A DNA stretch of 62,962 nt, the filler included, from Lenisia limosa (Eukaryota > Protista > Breviatea): NCBI GenBank assembly GCA_001655205.1. It is 7 parts of 7 records of this genome, joined end to end, with 100 filler letters (N's around TTAATTAATTAA, not from the genome) between each part and the next. Parts side by side here need not be neighbours in the genome. Positions count along the whole stretch, not along the records: positions 1 to 27,804 come from LPNZ01008486.1; 6 more parts are not named here. One strand, 5' to 3'. Positions 12,701-24,056 of the stretch are shown in pieces. A program made the translations under genes and the position numbers. Numbering within the stretch: position 1 is the stretch's first letter; the number at the start of each line of letters is the position of its first letter. Under the pieces are notes generated by a model, which worked only from the letters and a program-made list of their open reading frames with translations, did no database searches and was not told where the DNA came from.

Positions 12701-15700
12701 ATTCAGAGGGGAATGATTGGAAACGTCATTTTTTTTTTGAGTGATTTTATTATATCAGCCCAAAATTGTCTTGCAAAAGAAAGTCCTTACGCTTTGAAAG
12801 GGGAAAGGTGACGGTGAGACAAGAGGAATGATGCTTTAGCCGGCTTTTCAGAACATGATCTTCAACAATTTCAAAGGTTATTCTTTCTGTATTCAAAAAG
12901 CTTCTTTTTTATATTAACAAAAAATTGAAATATAAAGTATACCTTGGGGTGTGACCTTATTTCAGAAGAGTATTAATTAGCTTATAAATAATGCCCTCAA
13001 AAAACAGAATTGAGGGATTTTGGATGCTGATCAGTAATAAAATGTTGAAGGTTTTTATAAGAACTTCTGTCTTTTTTTTTTGACTCGATTAATTGCCTAC
13101 TTTAAATGATAAATGATTTGTCAACTTCCGACATCACCTCTGCCTTCTCTACTCTCCACGCAAGTTACTGAAAAGCTCTCTTAGCTGTATTAAAGTCAAT
13201 GTGAAGCAAAAACTATCCTTTTATGGACCACCCGACCATATTGGTTAGTTTTTGACAAGAGAGGTATTACCGAAAATAGGAACCCTTTTCCGTCATTTTG
13301 ACAAATAGGTCGAGATTGACTCCAGGAAAATTAACTACCCCAATTTTAAAAACGCTTTCATTTCCTTTTAAAAATCTGGTGATCTAAAACTCAATTTTTT
13401 GAGAATATTCAGTTAATGGTACACTGGAGGATATGAACTATATAATTCTTATTTTCCACATAAAAACTTTTTTGAAAACGATATGAGTACTGGTCCACCC
13501 CCTTTAATGAAACTGCCTTTAGTGATCTCTTCTTGAAAAATAAAGTTTTGAGAAAAAATATGGAAAATATGGATAATATCAGAATGAAATCAACAATATC
13601 ATTCCAAAATCTCCATGTGTACCTGTAATATAGTAGATGTTGGGAAAATGAGAGTCTTTTTTTTTTGTTTTGGGTCTTTTTTTTGTCTTCGCGAAAAGTC
13701 ATATTTTGTCGCTTTGATCGAACTATTAGAAGCGTAAAACATCATTTACGGGGCAAAGGGGATAAAGGGGGTAAGAAGTGTGGGATATGGGGTGACACGT
13801 CATCGATATGTCATAAATATGATGGGGGGGAAAATGACATTTATGATATTTTTTTACCTGCGGGAATATACAATATTTATTTACCCGAGGGAATAGGATA
13901 TATAACATAATTTGACTCATTATTCCCCACTTGTTTTAGAGAATAGTCATGGGTGGGGGATATACGTCATGGGAATGTCATATTTTATATGATGAAAAAA
14001 TATGACATTTATCATCCGCGGGAGAATAAAATATGAGATTTATCATATTTATTTACCCGGGGGAAGAGGATATATGACATATTTTGACTCATTGTTCCCC
14101 ATTTGTTGAAGAGAATAGTCATATTTTGCGTTGTTCACAGAGAAGAATATGGCAGCCTTTCGGCTGCACATATGGCAGAAAGGAATGTTCATAAACCCCA
14201 ATTTCTCATATAAAATCAACACAAAAAAACGTGCAAAAAACACTTCAATTCATTCTAAAACCATTGATGATGCTCCCCAAAGGACAGGTCTTCAGCGTGA
14301 TCGATCAGTTGAGGAGGAAGTTGAGAGCAACGGAACTCCTGAAATCATGATTAATTGCTTATATTTTGTTAATAGTGCTAAGCACCTTCGGGATAATTCC
14401 TCAGTGCAGTTTTTTTATATAAAACAGTCCAGACATGAAAATTTCAAAAAAAAATGGTCTGGAATGTGACTATCCGAGGCTATATGAGGCTAAAATTGCA
14501 ATATGTAGACAATATGGCAGTGTTGGTTGTGCGTAGTTATAGCCATTTAAATTCCTCAAATACTATGTTTAAGCACCAGAAAGATGAAAAAAAGCGGAAC
14601 CAAAATTACACCCGAAGTTGTTTCATATGGAGAACTATCCCGAAGGGTCATTAGATTACTTACGATTTTTTTTTTTGATTTTTTTGAACCACTTTAAGGT
14701 CAAGAGTCTTAGATGCTTCCCTCTGTATGTGTTCAATACTATTTTTTGGTCCTTAACTTGAATACAAGTGATATTAGTTGTGATCACCTTTAAGGTACTT
14801 TCAAAACTATCTGGTATGCCTGATTTAAAACTGGTGTTGAATAATTCTGATCTTTTAAGAAATTGGTCATTTTTAGTGTTAACATGCAGTTCGTTTCACC
14901 CTTGTGTTAGGCTGAATAGGTATAATCAGTCTCATGAACTCAGTTTCATTCCACCTGATGGCGATTTTAACCTTTGTGAATTTACTGTTCCATCTTTAAC
15001 TCCCTTCAATATTCCAATTGAGATTGATGTTTTTTTTTTGTCATGATCTGTCTTTCATGAAAATGAAGGGAACACATGGTGAGGTTTTTATTTCGGTTAC
15101 TGCAAATCATGTGGTCGAGAACTGTGTTGTAACTTTTCCTCTTCCAACCGTGAGTGATGGTTCATTATTACTTTGTTGATTGATTACCTCTATCCCCTTC
15201 CTTGGTCCTGGCGTCTCACTGCGAGACGATTTTTAAGGTGTTAGCTTTTTATATATGATTAAAAACACTCAAAGATGATTTTTGTTGCGTTATTGAATAG
15301 TTTTTGCCTGAAAGATACCGTTGTGTGAATTTTTGGGCGTTATTCGAGGAAATTACACGATTTATTTGTAATTTTTAACCTGAAAAAGGTCCTTTTTGGG
15401 GTAGTAAATTACTAAAGACTTTATTATATTATCAATAGCACTATTCATAGCCATTATTTTATCAATGGTAACTATTAATAGCTATTATTTATTCAAGGTG
15501 GTTCAGTCTTTTTTTTTATTTTTTGTTTCTTTTTTTATAACAAATAAAAGTAAGTTTATAGCGTATTGGTTTGGTGGGGGGAACGAAAAACTAACAACAC
15601 ATGAAACACAACACCACAACCTTACTATGAAAGTTGGCCTGTTCCTTGTTGCTATGAAAACGACACAGCAAATTGTTTATAGCACTAAATTATGGGAAAG

Positions 15701-18700
15701 GATTCCTTAGACGTACATATACATCAGTAAGATCACACCTCATCGTCTGTCATTTTAACCAAATATTCCGCCGCTTACCTCGAAAGAGTTTCTTGAGCAT
15801 GCCTGACCTTCAGGTCAGTAGAAAGAGTAATGGATCAAGTTGGAGATATCGATGCAAACTATGGTCTCCAGAGAGTTGCCACTTGAAACTGGGGTACACT
15901 TGTTTAATTTAGTACAAAAACGGGGGAATGCACGCATAGTTTCATGTGAATTGCCAAATCAAATTACCGACTCAAGCACCTTAAGGTGGTTGGTTATGGG
16001 TCATTTTTGGCGGTTTTTGAATTTTTCGAAAAATGTAATGTGCAGATTTAAATTCCTCTTGTACTTTCCGTTAGAGTATAGTATGTAGCAAGTAGTAAAT
16101 GAGCACAAGAAAGGCAAGGTCTCACAAGCAGGCTCAGAGCACTAAAAAATCTTAAATGCAGTAGTGTGTTTAATGTTAGTTGTATTTCAATTAAAGAGGG
16201 ACGCAAACAATGATAGCAACATAATTATCCATTCGACATTTCGTAAATATGTTGAGACTAATAGTTCATCTGATATTAACAAAAATTGAATCCTCTTTTG
16301 AAATATTTTTGAGCTACTTTGAGCTAAAAATGGTGAATACCAGACGAAACAAGCGTGCTGTGTACCCTTCCCCCCCTCCTCCTCAAGAAGAATAGGCCAA
16401 GAAGTTGTCAAGCATACCATCCTCAAGTAGTCCAAGAAGAAGACGCCGGTAAGAACTAATTTGTAATTCCATGTGACTGTTCATCCTTCCTTCACGTTGC
16501 TGAGCTTAGCATCAAAACCCAGTGTCTTAATCCAGCTCTTGGTTCGGATAAGTCGTTGGTACATCTTTCACTTAAAGATGTTGACTTAATCGTCCTCCCA
16601 AACCTTCACTTATTACTCCGTTGAGGAGGAATTGTGTGTTTTGTCACAGACGCCATCTTGGATATTGTTACTGAGAAATTCATATTTTTCGTTTTCGGGT
16701 CATTTTTTTCGCTAAAAATCATATTTTGTCGCTCTGATCGAACTATTAGAAGCATAAAACATCATTTACGGACAAAGGGNNNNNNNNNNNNNNNNNNNNN
16801 NNNNNNNNNNNNNNNNNNNNNNNNNNNNNNNNNNNNNNNNNNNNNNNNNNNNNNNNNNNNNNNNNNNNNNNNNNNNNNNNNNNNNNNNNNNNNNNNNNNN
16901 NNNNNNNNNNNNNNNNNNNNNNNNNNNNNNNNNNNNNNNNNNNNNNNNNNNATTTTGCGTTGTTCAGACAGAGAGAAGAAAATGGCAGCCTGTTCATTAA
17001 CCCCAATTTCTAATACAAAATCCACAAAACCTTCACTTCATTCTAAAACCCCATTCATGATGCTCCCAAAGGACAGGTCTTCAGCGTGATCGATCAGTTG
17101 AGGAGGAAGTTGAGAACAACTGAACTCCTGAAATCATGATTAATTGCTTATATTTTGTTTATAGTGCTAAGCACTGCAGTGAACAATAAAAAAGAGAAGA
17201 GTGGAGGAACCCAGCAACTTTTAGAATACCCTTGAGAAGATGAAGCATCTTGATCTGTCTTCTGGATTTTAGTATTTCAGGAGTTCAGTTGCTCTCAACT
17301 TCCTCCTCAACTGTGCTGAAGACCTGTCTTTTGGGGAGCATCATCAATGGGGTTTTAGAATTAATTGAAAGGGTTTTTTTTTTGTGTCGATTTTGTATGA
17401 GAAATTGGGGTTTATGAACATTTCTTTTTGCCATTTGTGCAGCCGAAAGGCTGCCATTATCTTCTCTCTGTCTGAACAACGCAAAATATGACTATTTTCT
17501 TCAACAAATGGGGAACAGTGAGTCAAAATATGTCATATATCCTATTCCCGCGGTAAATAAATATGATAAATGTCATATTTTATGTTACCGCAGGTAAATA
17601 AATATGATAAATGTCTTTTTTTTTTTCCCGTCATATTCATCAAATATATATGACATTCCCATGACGTGTCACCCCATATCCCCCACCCTTCTTACCCCCT
17701 TCAACCCCTTTGTCCCGTAAATGCAGTTTTNNNNNNNNNNNNNNNNNNNNNNNNNNNNAAACTCTATAGTCTTCAAAAAAATCAAAAACGGAAAAAAAAT
17801 AGTGGACATTTTATGACTACTTGAAAAATCGTTGTGTCAACTGTCAAATACCTAGATATTGGTTCATATCTTACCAACTCCCCTTTCAGGTAGTCTGAGT
17901 AACCTGGGATCTCTTCAGTTTATTGGTCAATGACTCGTCTCAAGAGGGGAGGGGGACTAAGAGTCCTTTTGATGGTGAACTTGTTAGTTTCGCCGTGGAA
18001 GGCAAGCCCCCTCCTCATCTGAGTCGAGAGTCTCGGCGACCCCCTGGGGGAAGAGCTTGTCGGTGGTTTCAATGCTCTTCCTGGACCTTCATGTTGAAAC
18101 TCTTCCTTTCTTCCTCCTCTTCGTTATCATCATCGTGAGAGAAATGAGCAGGTTATTAACAAACACCAACAAAGACACGACATCCCCAACATATAATCAT
18201 ATGCCTCGTTATCTCTTTGAGACAGACATGCACTCCCCAAAAGAAATGACTTCCTTTTCCTTCTATTTTTTGACTGTCTTTGCCTTCTATTATATTAGTT
18301 TTCAGAATTAGGTACAGATCTCAAGTTAAAAAAAACCAAAAGTACCTACCCCGCAGAACTGAGTGGTCACGTATGTTTCAAATTATTTGTCAAAGAAAAC
18401 GGCAAAAAGAGTTCAGTTCAGGGTGATCAGATCAAGACATGAAGCCACAGGTGTTGACATTTTGGGGTAATCAGTCAGTTTCTTTCTCAGCTAGAATTTA
18501 TATTCACTAACCTTTTACTATAAAAACTTGTTGGTGTTATATTTTTTACTGTTTAGAGTGTTGGTTCTCATCAATTTTCTTGTAGTTTTGGGCAGGTGTG
18601 TGTGAGAGAAAAAACAGTATTCTCATATCTTTTTTATTTTGGTAACATGGAATGCTGGTCGAGTTAATTTTGGAAAAGAAGCTGTTTTAAAAGGATTTCT

Positions 18701-18897
18701 ATCTTTGTTATCTGTGTCTAAGGAACGACCTGTTCTTTCAATACAGTTTAAAGTAGCGCAATTCTCAGCTTCTGGTTTAAAAGTGAGATTTATTCTTTAT
18801 TTTGATTGATTCTCTTCACATTGATAATGTGAAATACAAAGCATTTAAAGGAATGAGGTCAATCACTCAATCTGGTCGATATGACATAAGACCTTGA
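6733..18897 (+). CDS. AP3M: AP-3 complex mu subunit; 11 exons (6733-6764, 6786-7005, 7039-7110, 9186-9308, 9332-9481, 14795-14865, 14890-15028, 15051-15149, 18557-18616, 18642-18782, 18805-18897), 399 aa
   Basis: Spliced product has IFERQW, EAQPLLYLEFLNRV, VIDEMVDDGYPLSTE, IPWRK..NEIYIDVIEEID, KLSGMPDL, CSFHPCVRL, LSFIPPDG, SGLK|IDSL..KYKAFKGMRSITQSGRYDIRP-TGA, colinear with mu3 adaptins. Exon sum is 1200 nt. Confidence 0.9.
8511..8583. pseudogene. Captured ~60-bp fragment of eRF1 last exon with a 17-bp inverted duplication, inside AP3M intron 3
   Basis: 8524-8583 is essentially identical to 2094-2153. 8512-8528 (ggaaaagacattatcaa region) is the reverse complement of 8567-8583. Confidence 0.9.
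9845..13215 (+). mobile_element. Mutator-like (MULE) DNA transposon inside AP3M intron 5
   Basis: Imperfect inverted repeats of ~110 bp at ~9847-9955 and ~13100-13211 (shared core ttgcgtggagagtagagaag) flank a spliced transposase-like gene. No TSD identified. Confidence 0.6.
10468..12530 (+). pseudogene. Intron-containing Mutator-like transposase, degenerate
   Basis: Motifs in MULE order: ICYDGRYSK, NSLGSVSVAMADSKVIG, SAKDLDPVGTANLF, DNDSGAF, HHLHGSH..LC. In-frame TAG (GI*T, ~10814) and an apparent frameshift near 10920. Partly in an N gap. Confidence 0.5.
13672..14385 (+). repeat. ~700-bp dispersed repeat (family D), copy 1
   Basis: Matches 16697-17174 (direct) and 17275-17730 (inverted). 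Contains internal sub-repeats (atatgacatttatcat / acc(c)gcgg). Confidence 0.9.
16697..17174 (+). repeat. Family D repeat, copy 2 (contains N gap)
   Basis: Shares both ends with copy 1 (tcatattttgtcgc... and ...atagtgctaagcac). Confidence 0.9.
17275..17730 (-). repeat. Family D repeat, copy 3 (inverted)
   Basis: Reverse complement aligns to ~13735-14345. Confidence 0.9.
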
Positions 18898-19500
18898 TAT
18901 ATTTTGGATTTTAGGCAGTGCAATTGATATTGACTATGGATCAGAGATTAACTGTGGATCCTTATCCCTACTTTACCCTTCAGTATTGGCTAATATCGAA
19001 TTAAACAACTCCAGACTGTACACTATAATATCTCTTGGCTTCTTGTTTGCTTGAGTTTTCTTCTTTCTGGATATTTTGAAGCAGCATGATTCCACGTAAA
19101 TGATGTGAATGGCCAGACACATCAGAAATCAACTACTCATCATCCTTTCCAAACATCGTCATTGACATTGAAATATTGCAATATGGGAATTTAGAAGCAG
19201 AATATAATCCTTATCTCCAATGATTGTGTATACGATATTGCGGGGGAGGCACCGAGAAAGCTGTGCAAACGATTGGGTGAATAATATTATACAGGTCAAA
19301 ATGTATCTCTCAATAGCACATCGTTTCACCTGCCCTAAAGTGAGCACGAAGAGTGGGTTTTGTTGAGACACTTGTTAGGTTAAAAATCAGCCCGAGCCTC
19401 TCAATTAGAGGATTAATAACCATAATTTGAATCATTAAACTTCATTTTCAAACACACATTTCTGAAAGCTAAGCCATATTGCTCTCATTATGATTAACGA

Positions 19501-19592
19501 TACTATTTATCAGCAACTTGGATAAGTTACACTTATTTCGTCGTTCAATTGAATGATCAAGTGAAACTTATCCAAGTTGTTGATAAATAGTA
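19501..19592. mobile_element. 92-bp palindromic MITE-like element
   Basis: 28-bp inverted termini tactatttatcagcaacttggataagtt / aacttatccaagttgttgataaatagta (one mismatch); begins and ends with TA. Confidence 0.65.
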
Positions 19593-21077
19593 TACTACAT
19601 ATCATACTATATCATATACTATGTCCAATATTTGATATAGCTATATGTCATGATGTTAGCTAACGGCACTCGATACTCTTCCTTACCAAAACGAAACTTT
19701 ATAAATAGTACCCAGTTATAACACTTGGTTATTTGTGCATCCTGGTAGCTTTTTGACACTCATTACTTTTTAGACACCTCTCCTGATAGCTTCCACTGGC
19801 AGATATGGGGTATTTTGAAAGATCTACTTCGTCATAGTGTGATTAAGATATCCCAGTTTTACCCAATATATTACATATATCTTTTCCAAACTCAGGATAG
19901 TGATCATCTTTTCCATCTTTGATGTTACTAATTACTATAAATATGCACTTTACACATCTTGCAAAAATATGAAATCTTTTTTCGCATAAATTTTGAGATC
20001 AAGAAATTTTGTGATCTCGTACCCCCAGGTTTTTCAAAATAATAATAATGCCAATAGTTCTAACTTCAGGTACTCTTCAATCACCTTCTCTCTCAATATG
20101 TACTTAATATATTATATAAAAATTGATTTTGGGGATAAAGGGGCAATAAGAGGACCTTTGTATAAGATCACTTCCTCGGGTTGTTCTTGTGTATTTTTTA
20201 TTTCAACTCCTAGATTAGTGTATTTTCCATTGCTAATTTAGTGTATTTTATACACTAAACTCGAAAAACACCTATTTTTAGGAATGTTCTAGAAACACTG
20301 GACTCAAAACCCATCAATGTAGGAGTCAAACCATTGTCTCAATTACAAAAAATCAAATTAGAACAACAGAATGACTCTGGCTTAAAAGGTTATCTTTGTG
20401 CCCAGGTAATAATACAAAGAATTTAGGGGGAGGATTTATATACACTTTAAGCAGTTTTTCAATTATTTTTATGTTGTATCACCCCAAGGAGGGTTTGTGT
20501 GAGGTTTTTATGATAATCCCCAGTGCAAATCGGAGACTTTCTGTTTCTAGGATGAATATACCCTCAGATTATTGATGCACTAAAGTTCAAAGTTAAAAGT
20601 TAGGAGTTGGTTAGGAGTGAGCGGAGCCTGGGCACATGTAAAACAAGCACATTTAAATTGCATTTAAAAGACAGTGAGAAGCGTACAGAACATACAACTG
20701 TGGCAAACTTTGTTTTTGAAACATAGCGCTCTTCCTGGGCTCTTCTGTCGTTATTTCACATTCCATAATACTTAGAAATTCGCTCCCCTCCGGGTTTGGT
20801 GCCGCTGCTTCTCCTAATATGTTTATCAGTAAACTTTGGTTTTTATATTCATTCCTCTTTAAATAGATCTTTAAATATTATTACCCTTTTTTCCTCTTTT
20901 ATACACAACTGATCCTCTTCCAGTCATGATTATTACTCTTATTCTTATAATTACAACTAATATCCCTTCTTGTGTAATAGACACTTGTTTGTCCCACTTT
21001 TAATCACACTTGTTTCTCTTTAAATCAGCCTTGTTCCCCTTGTTTTCATTTTTTTCTACATATGTATATGGTGCGCA

Positions 21078-24056
21078 GAAACCCCGTTGTTAATTCGAAA
21101 ATTCCGTTGTAAATTCAAATTAATATTCTACAGATAATTCTTTTATGTTTCTTTCAAGAATACTTAATAAATTGCTTTAATTTTATATTATCTCTGTTTA
21201 AATCTATAATGTAGTCAAAATACTAATAAAAACACCCCGTTGATATCAAAATAAGCTGAAAAACCATCTATTTATTGAAAAGACCGAAGAATAATTACTA
21301 TTTCTTAGCCTTGGGAGCATTTTCTTCTTCTGATTCTTTTTCTTGAGTTTTTTAATGACGTGCAATCTGTCCACAAGTGAGGGATCACGGAGTTGTACTG
21401 TAGCCAGTGCAGCTGCAACACCTTTTAAAAAATCAATAATTGAAGACTCTACACCATCAAGTCTTGAATCAGATTGGATTGCAGACTGAGCTTGTAATGA
21501 AATAGCCTGATCTGGTGCTAGATCTTCTCCAGACTCCATGATCTGAACTGATTATCTGAATTAAATAGTGTCCATCATAGAAGGTTTGTCAAGAAAAGTA
21601 AAATATTAGGTGAAAAATAAAGAGATCTTAAAAACGGATGAGTAACTTTTGGGTAGCCGTCGCTTTCTGTCAGACGAAAACTAGCTCCTTTTGAAAACTT
21701 TTTGATATTTACTGAAGAGGCATCAAATCCTTTTGCACTGTAGCCACAATCTTTTTGGGAGGCACGGATAACAGAAAATGATGGTTCTTTTAAAGACACA
21801 GCAACAATCTCAGTCACTTCATCATCTTTCATATCCCTTGATAATTATTCACATACAGTTGGGTGTACTCACTTTTTTGAATTGACAGCGAGGAATTTAG
21901 CAAGTTCAGATTGCTGCTTCGTGTTCACTTTGGCATGATAATAACTGTCTGCAACCTTTTTTTAAGTCAAACGTAGGTAATAACAAACCTGAAGCATATG
22001 AGAAGTAAACGGAGGCTCCAATACAATAATAACACCATATCTAATAAAGCAAGTACGGATGACCTAACAGTTGTGAGGCAATAACTTGAAACAAACCTCA
22101 GGTGTGACATGAATTCTAGCATTATCACCAATTGCCATTATTGGGTTGGAGGGTGATGATTGGTATGTTTTATAGAGAGATTCCAAAGTCATCATGAATG
22201 TCTCCGTGGTGTAATATGCACTCATATTGACGCCAAGAACTTCCATGTAGACATTTCTTGCAGCTCTAATAGCCTCATCAGACGCACGAAACAGTTCTTT
22301 TGGAGATAAATCACACTAATTTACTTCTTGAATCATTGATTTTAATTCTGCATTCAGTCCAAAAGCCAATGGAATTTTGACAGGTTCAAAGGTTATCTTT
22401 TCATTTGCAGAAGCTTTTTGAAAACAATGCTCACCACCAACAATGATTGTAGACTTCACAATCTGTCCAGCCAAGTTAGATATTGAAATAGCTGATGCCA
22501 GTGGTCTGCTTTTCACCCCTTGCCCCTTACCACTCATAAAGGCAATTTCGTCAAAAAGAGTGACATGGGTGCAATCTATTTCTTCCTCAGGTATTGAACT
22601 TTCAAGACTTGAAACCGCACTTTCAATAAGCTGTTTCGCAATCTTTTCGTCCAATCTTGTACTTAAAATCTGGATTATATTTGTTTAGTAAGAGAAAACA
22701 AACATTCTTAATATCGGAGTCATTCATGCTCAGGTTCAATTCTTTTTTTGCCAGTGGGACAAACTTTGAATACATTGGATCAATAGTCTCATCAAAAGCT
22801 CGTTGTGCTAAAGAGATAAAGTAAATAGATCTCAGTATTTAAGTATACCATTTTCAAGATTTCCATCAGTTAACGCACGATAAATATGCAATTGCCTACT
22901 CACAATTTCTTCTTTTGTTCTCACCAACATGAAAGTAGCCAAGGCTTCCTTGTCTTTTGCTAATGTGGTGGCTTTCTTCATCTTCTTAACTGTTGCTAAT
23001 ATCGACTTAAATAAGCGAGCGCCGGAATTCCAAGATTTGGCCAACGTCATGCAGTTTTCAGGCTGGAAGTGTAAGAATATGAGCTATGGCAGGGCGATTC
23101 AAACCTGAGATGCCATCTGCCTGTTGACATCGAGATCCCGTGGCTCTTTATTTCTTTTCAATTGTTGACGAATCATTGTTAATGAGCAGCTGTTGGTAAG
23201 GTTAACTTGTTTCATTTTGCGTAAGAGTGTGAGGTTTTAGACCATGCTAAAAGTGTCAAGACAAAAAAATAACCTACTTTCTTCATTCCTTTAGCAACAT
23301 CCACAACAGTTTCCTTTACAACTTCTGGAATTGGTTTTCTTCCCACTTTGACATCAACCAATTGAAACAGTCCTTTATTTTCAATTTGATTCAAAACTCG
23401 TTGTTCTAATAAATGAACATATCTGTCGTAGCTTTCAAGAAAGGTTGACTTTGGGATCCGAAAAGAGTAATCACTTGCAGAATCAAGCAAAGTAAAAGAC
23501 GTCATTTCTGTCCAAATAGCAACATCCCTATTATGCCATGCTGAACAAGCATCATTCATTGCCTTTTTCTTCTCAACATGATTCAAATATCCCCACCCTT
23601 TTGGGTCAAGATCTTTGGCTGAATTGAAGAAATTTCGGGCAGGTTTTCTTCCTCTGACCATATTTCACCTCTCTCCCTAAACAAATAAGGAATCATAAGA
23701 TTACATAAAATTTACGCTGTTATTTCAAAAATGTCACAAATACAATGTTTTAGATGCCTTTGTATCCACACCCAGGAAATATGAATTCACTTCAAAAGGA
23801 AAATACTTCACTTTATTGAAATCAGAAATGAAATGGTCAATTTTCCCCACAAACCAGCTCAACAATGTCGTAAAATCGTCTTGGTCCGGTGAAAACGAAC
23901 CAAATTTGCCGCTTCGGTGAGGTTATTTTGGCTCACCAAAGCACTGCTTTAACAAAACAACTTTGGAAAACAAAACTATTAGGTTCAAGCTTGTAAAAGA
24001 GCAAAAACGGTTTTTTCGAATTAACAATGGAGTTTTCGAATTAACAACGGGATTTC
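21078..24056 (-). mobile_element. pogo-like (DDE_1) DNA transposon
   Basis: Inverted repeats 21078-21119 and 24015-24056 (gaaaccccgttgttaattcgaaaa...) flank a spliced transposase gene. Confidence 0.7.
21246..23661 (-). CDS. Spliced pogo/Fot1-like DDD transposase, possibly inactivated
   Basis: TLFDEIAF..GKG; SAYYTTETF..PIMAIGDNARIH; LEPPFTSHMLQ|VAD (36 residues between the last two Asp). 33-36 nt GT-AG introns. One in-frame TAG at 22316-22318 that I could not remove by splicing. Confidence 0.7.
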
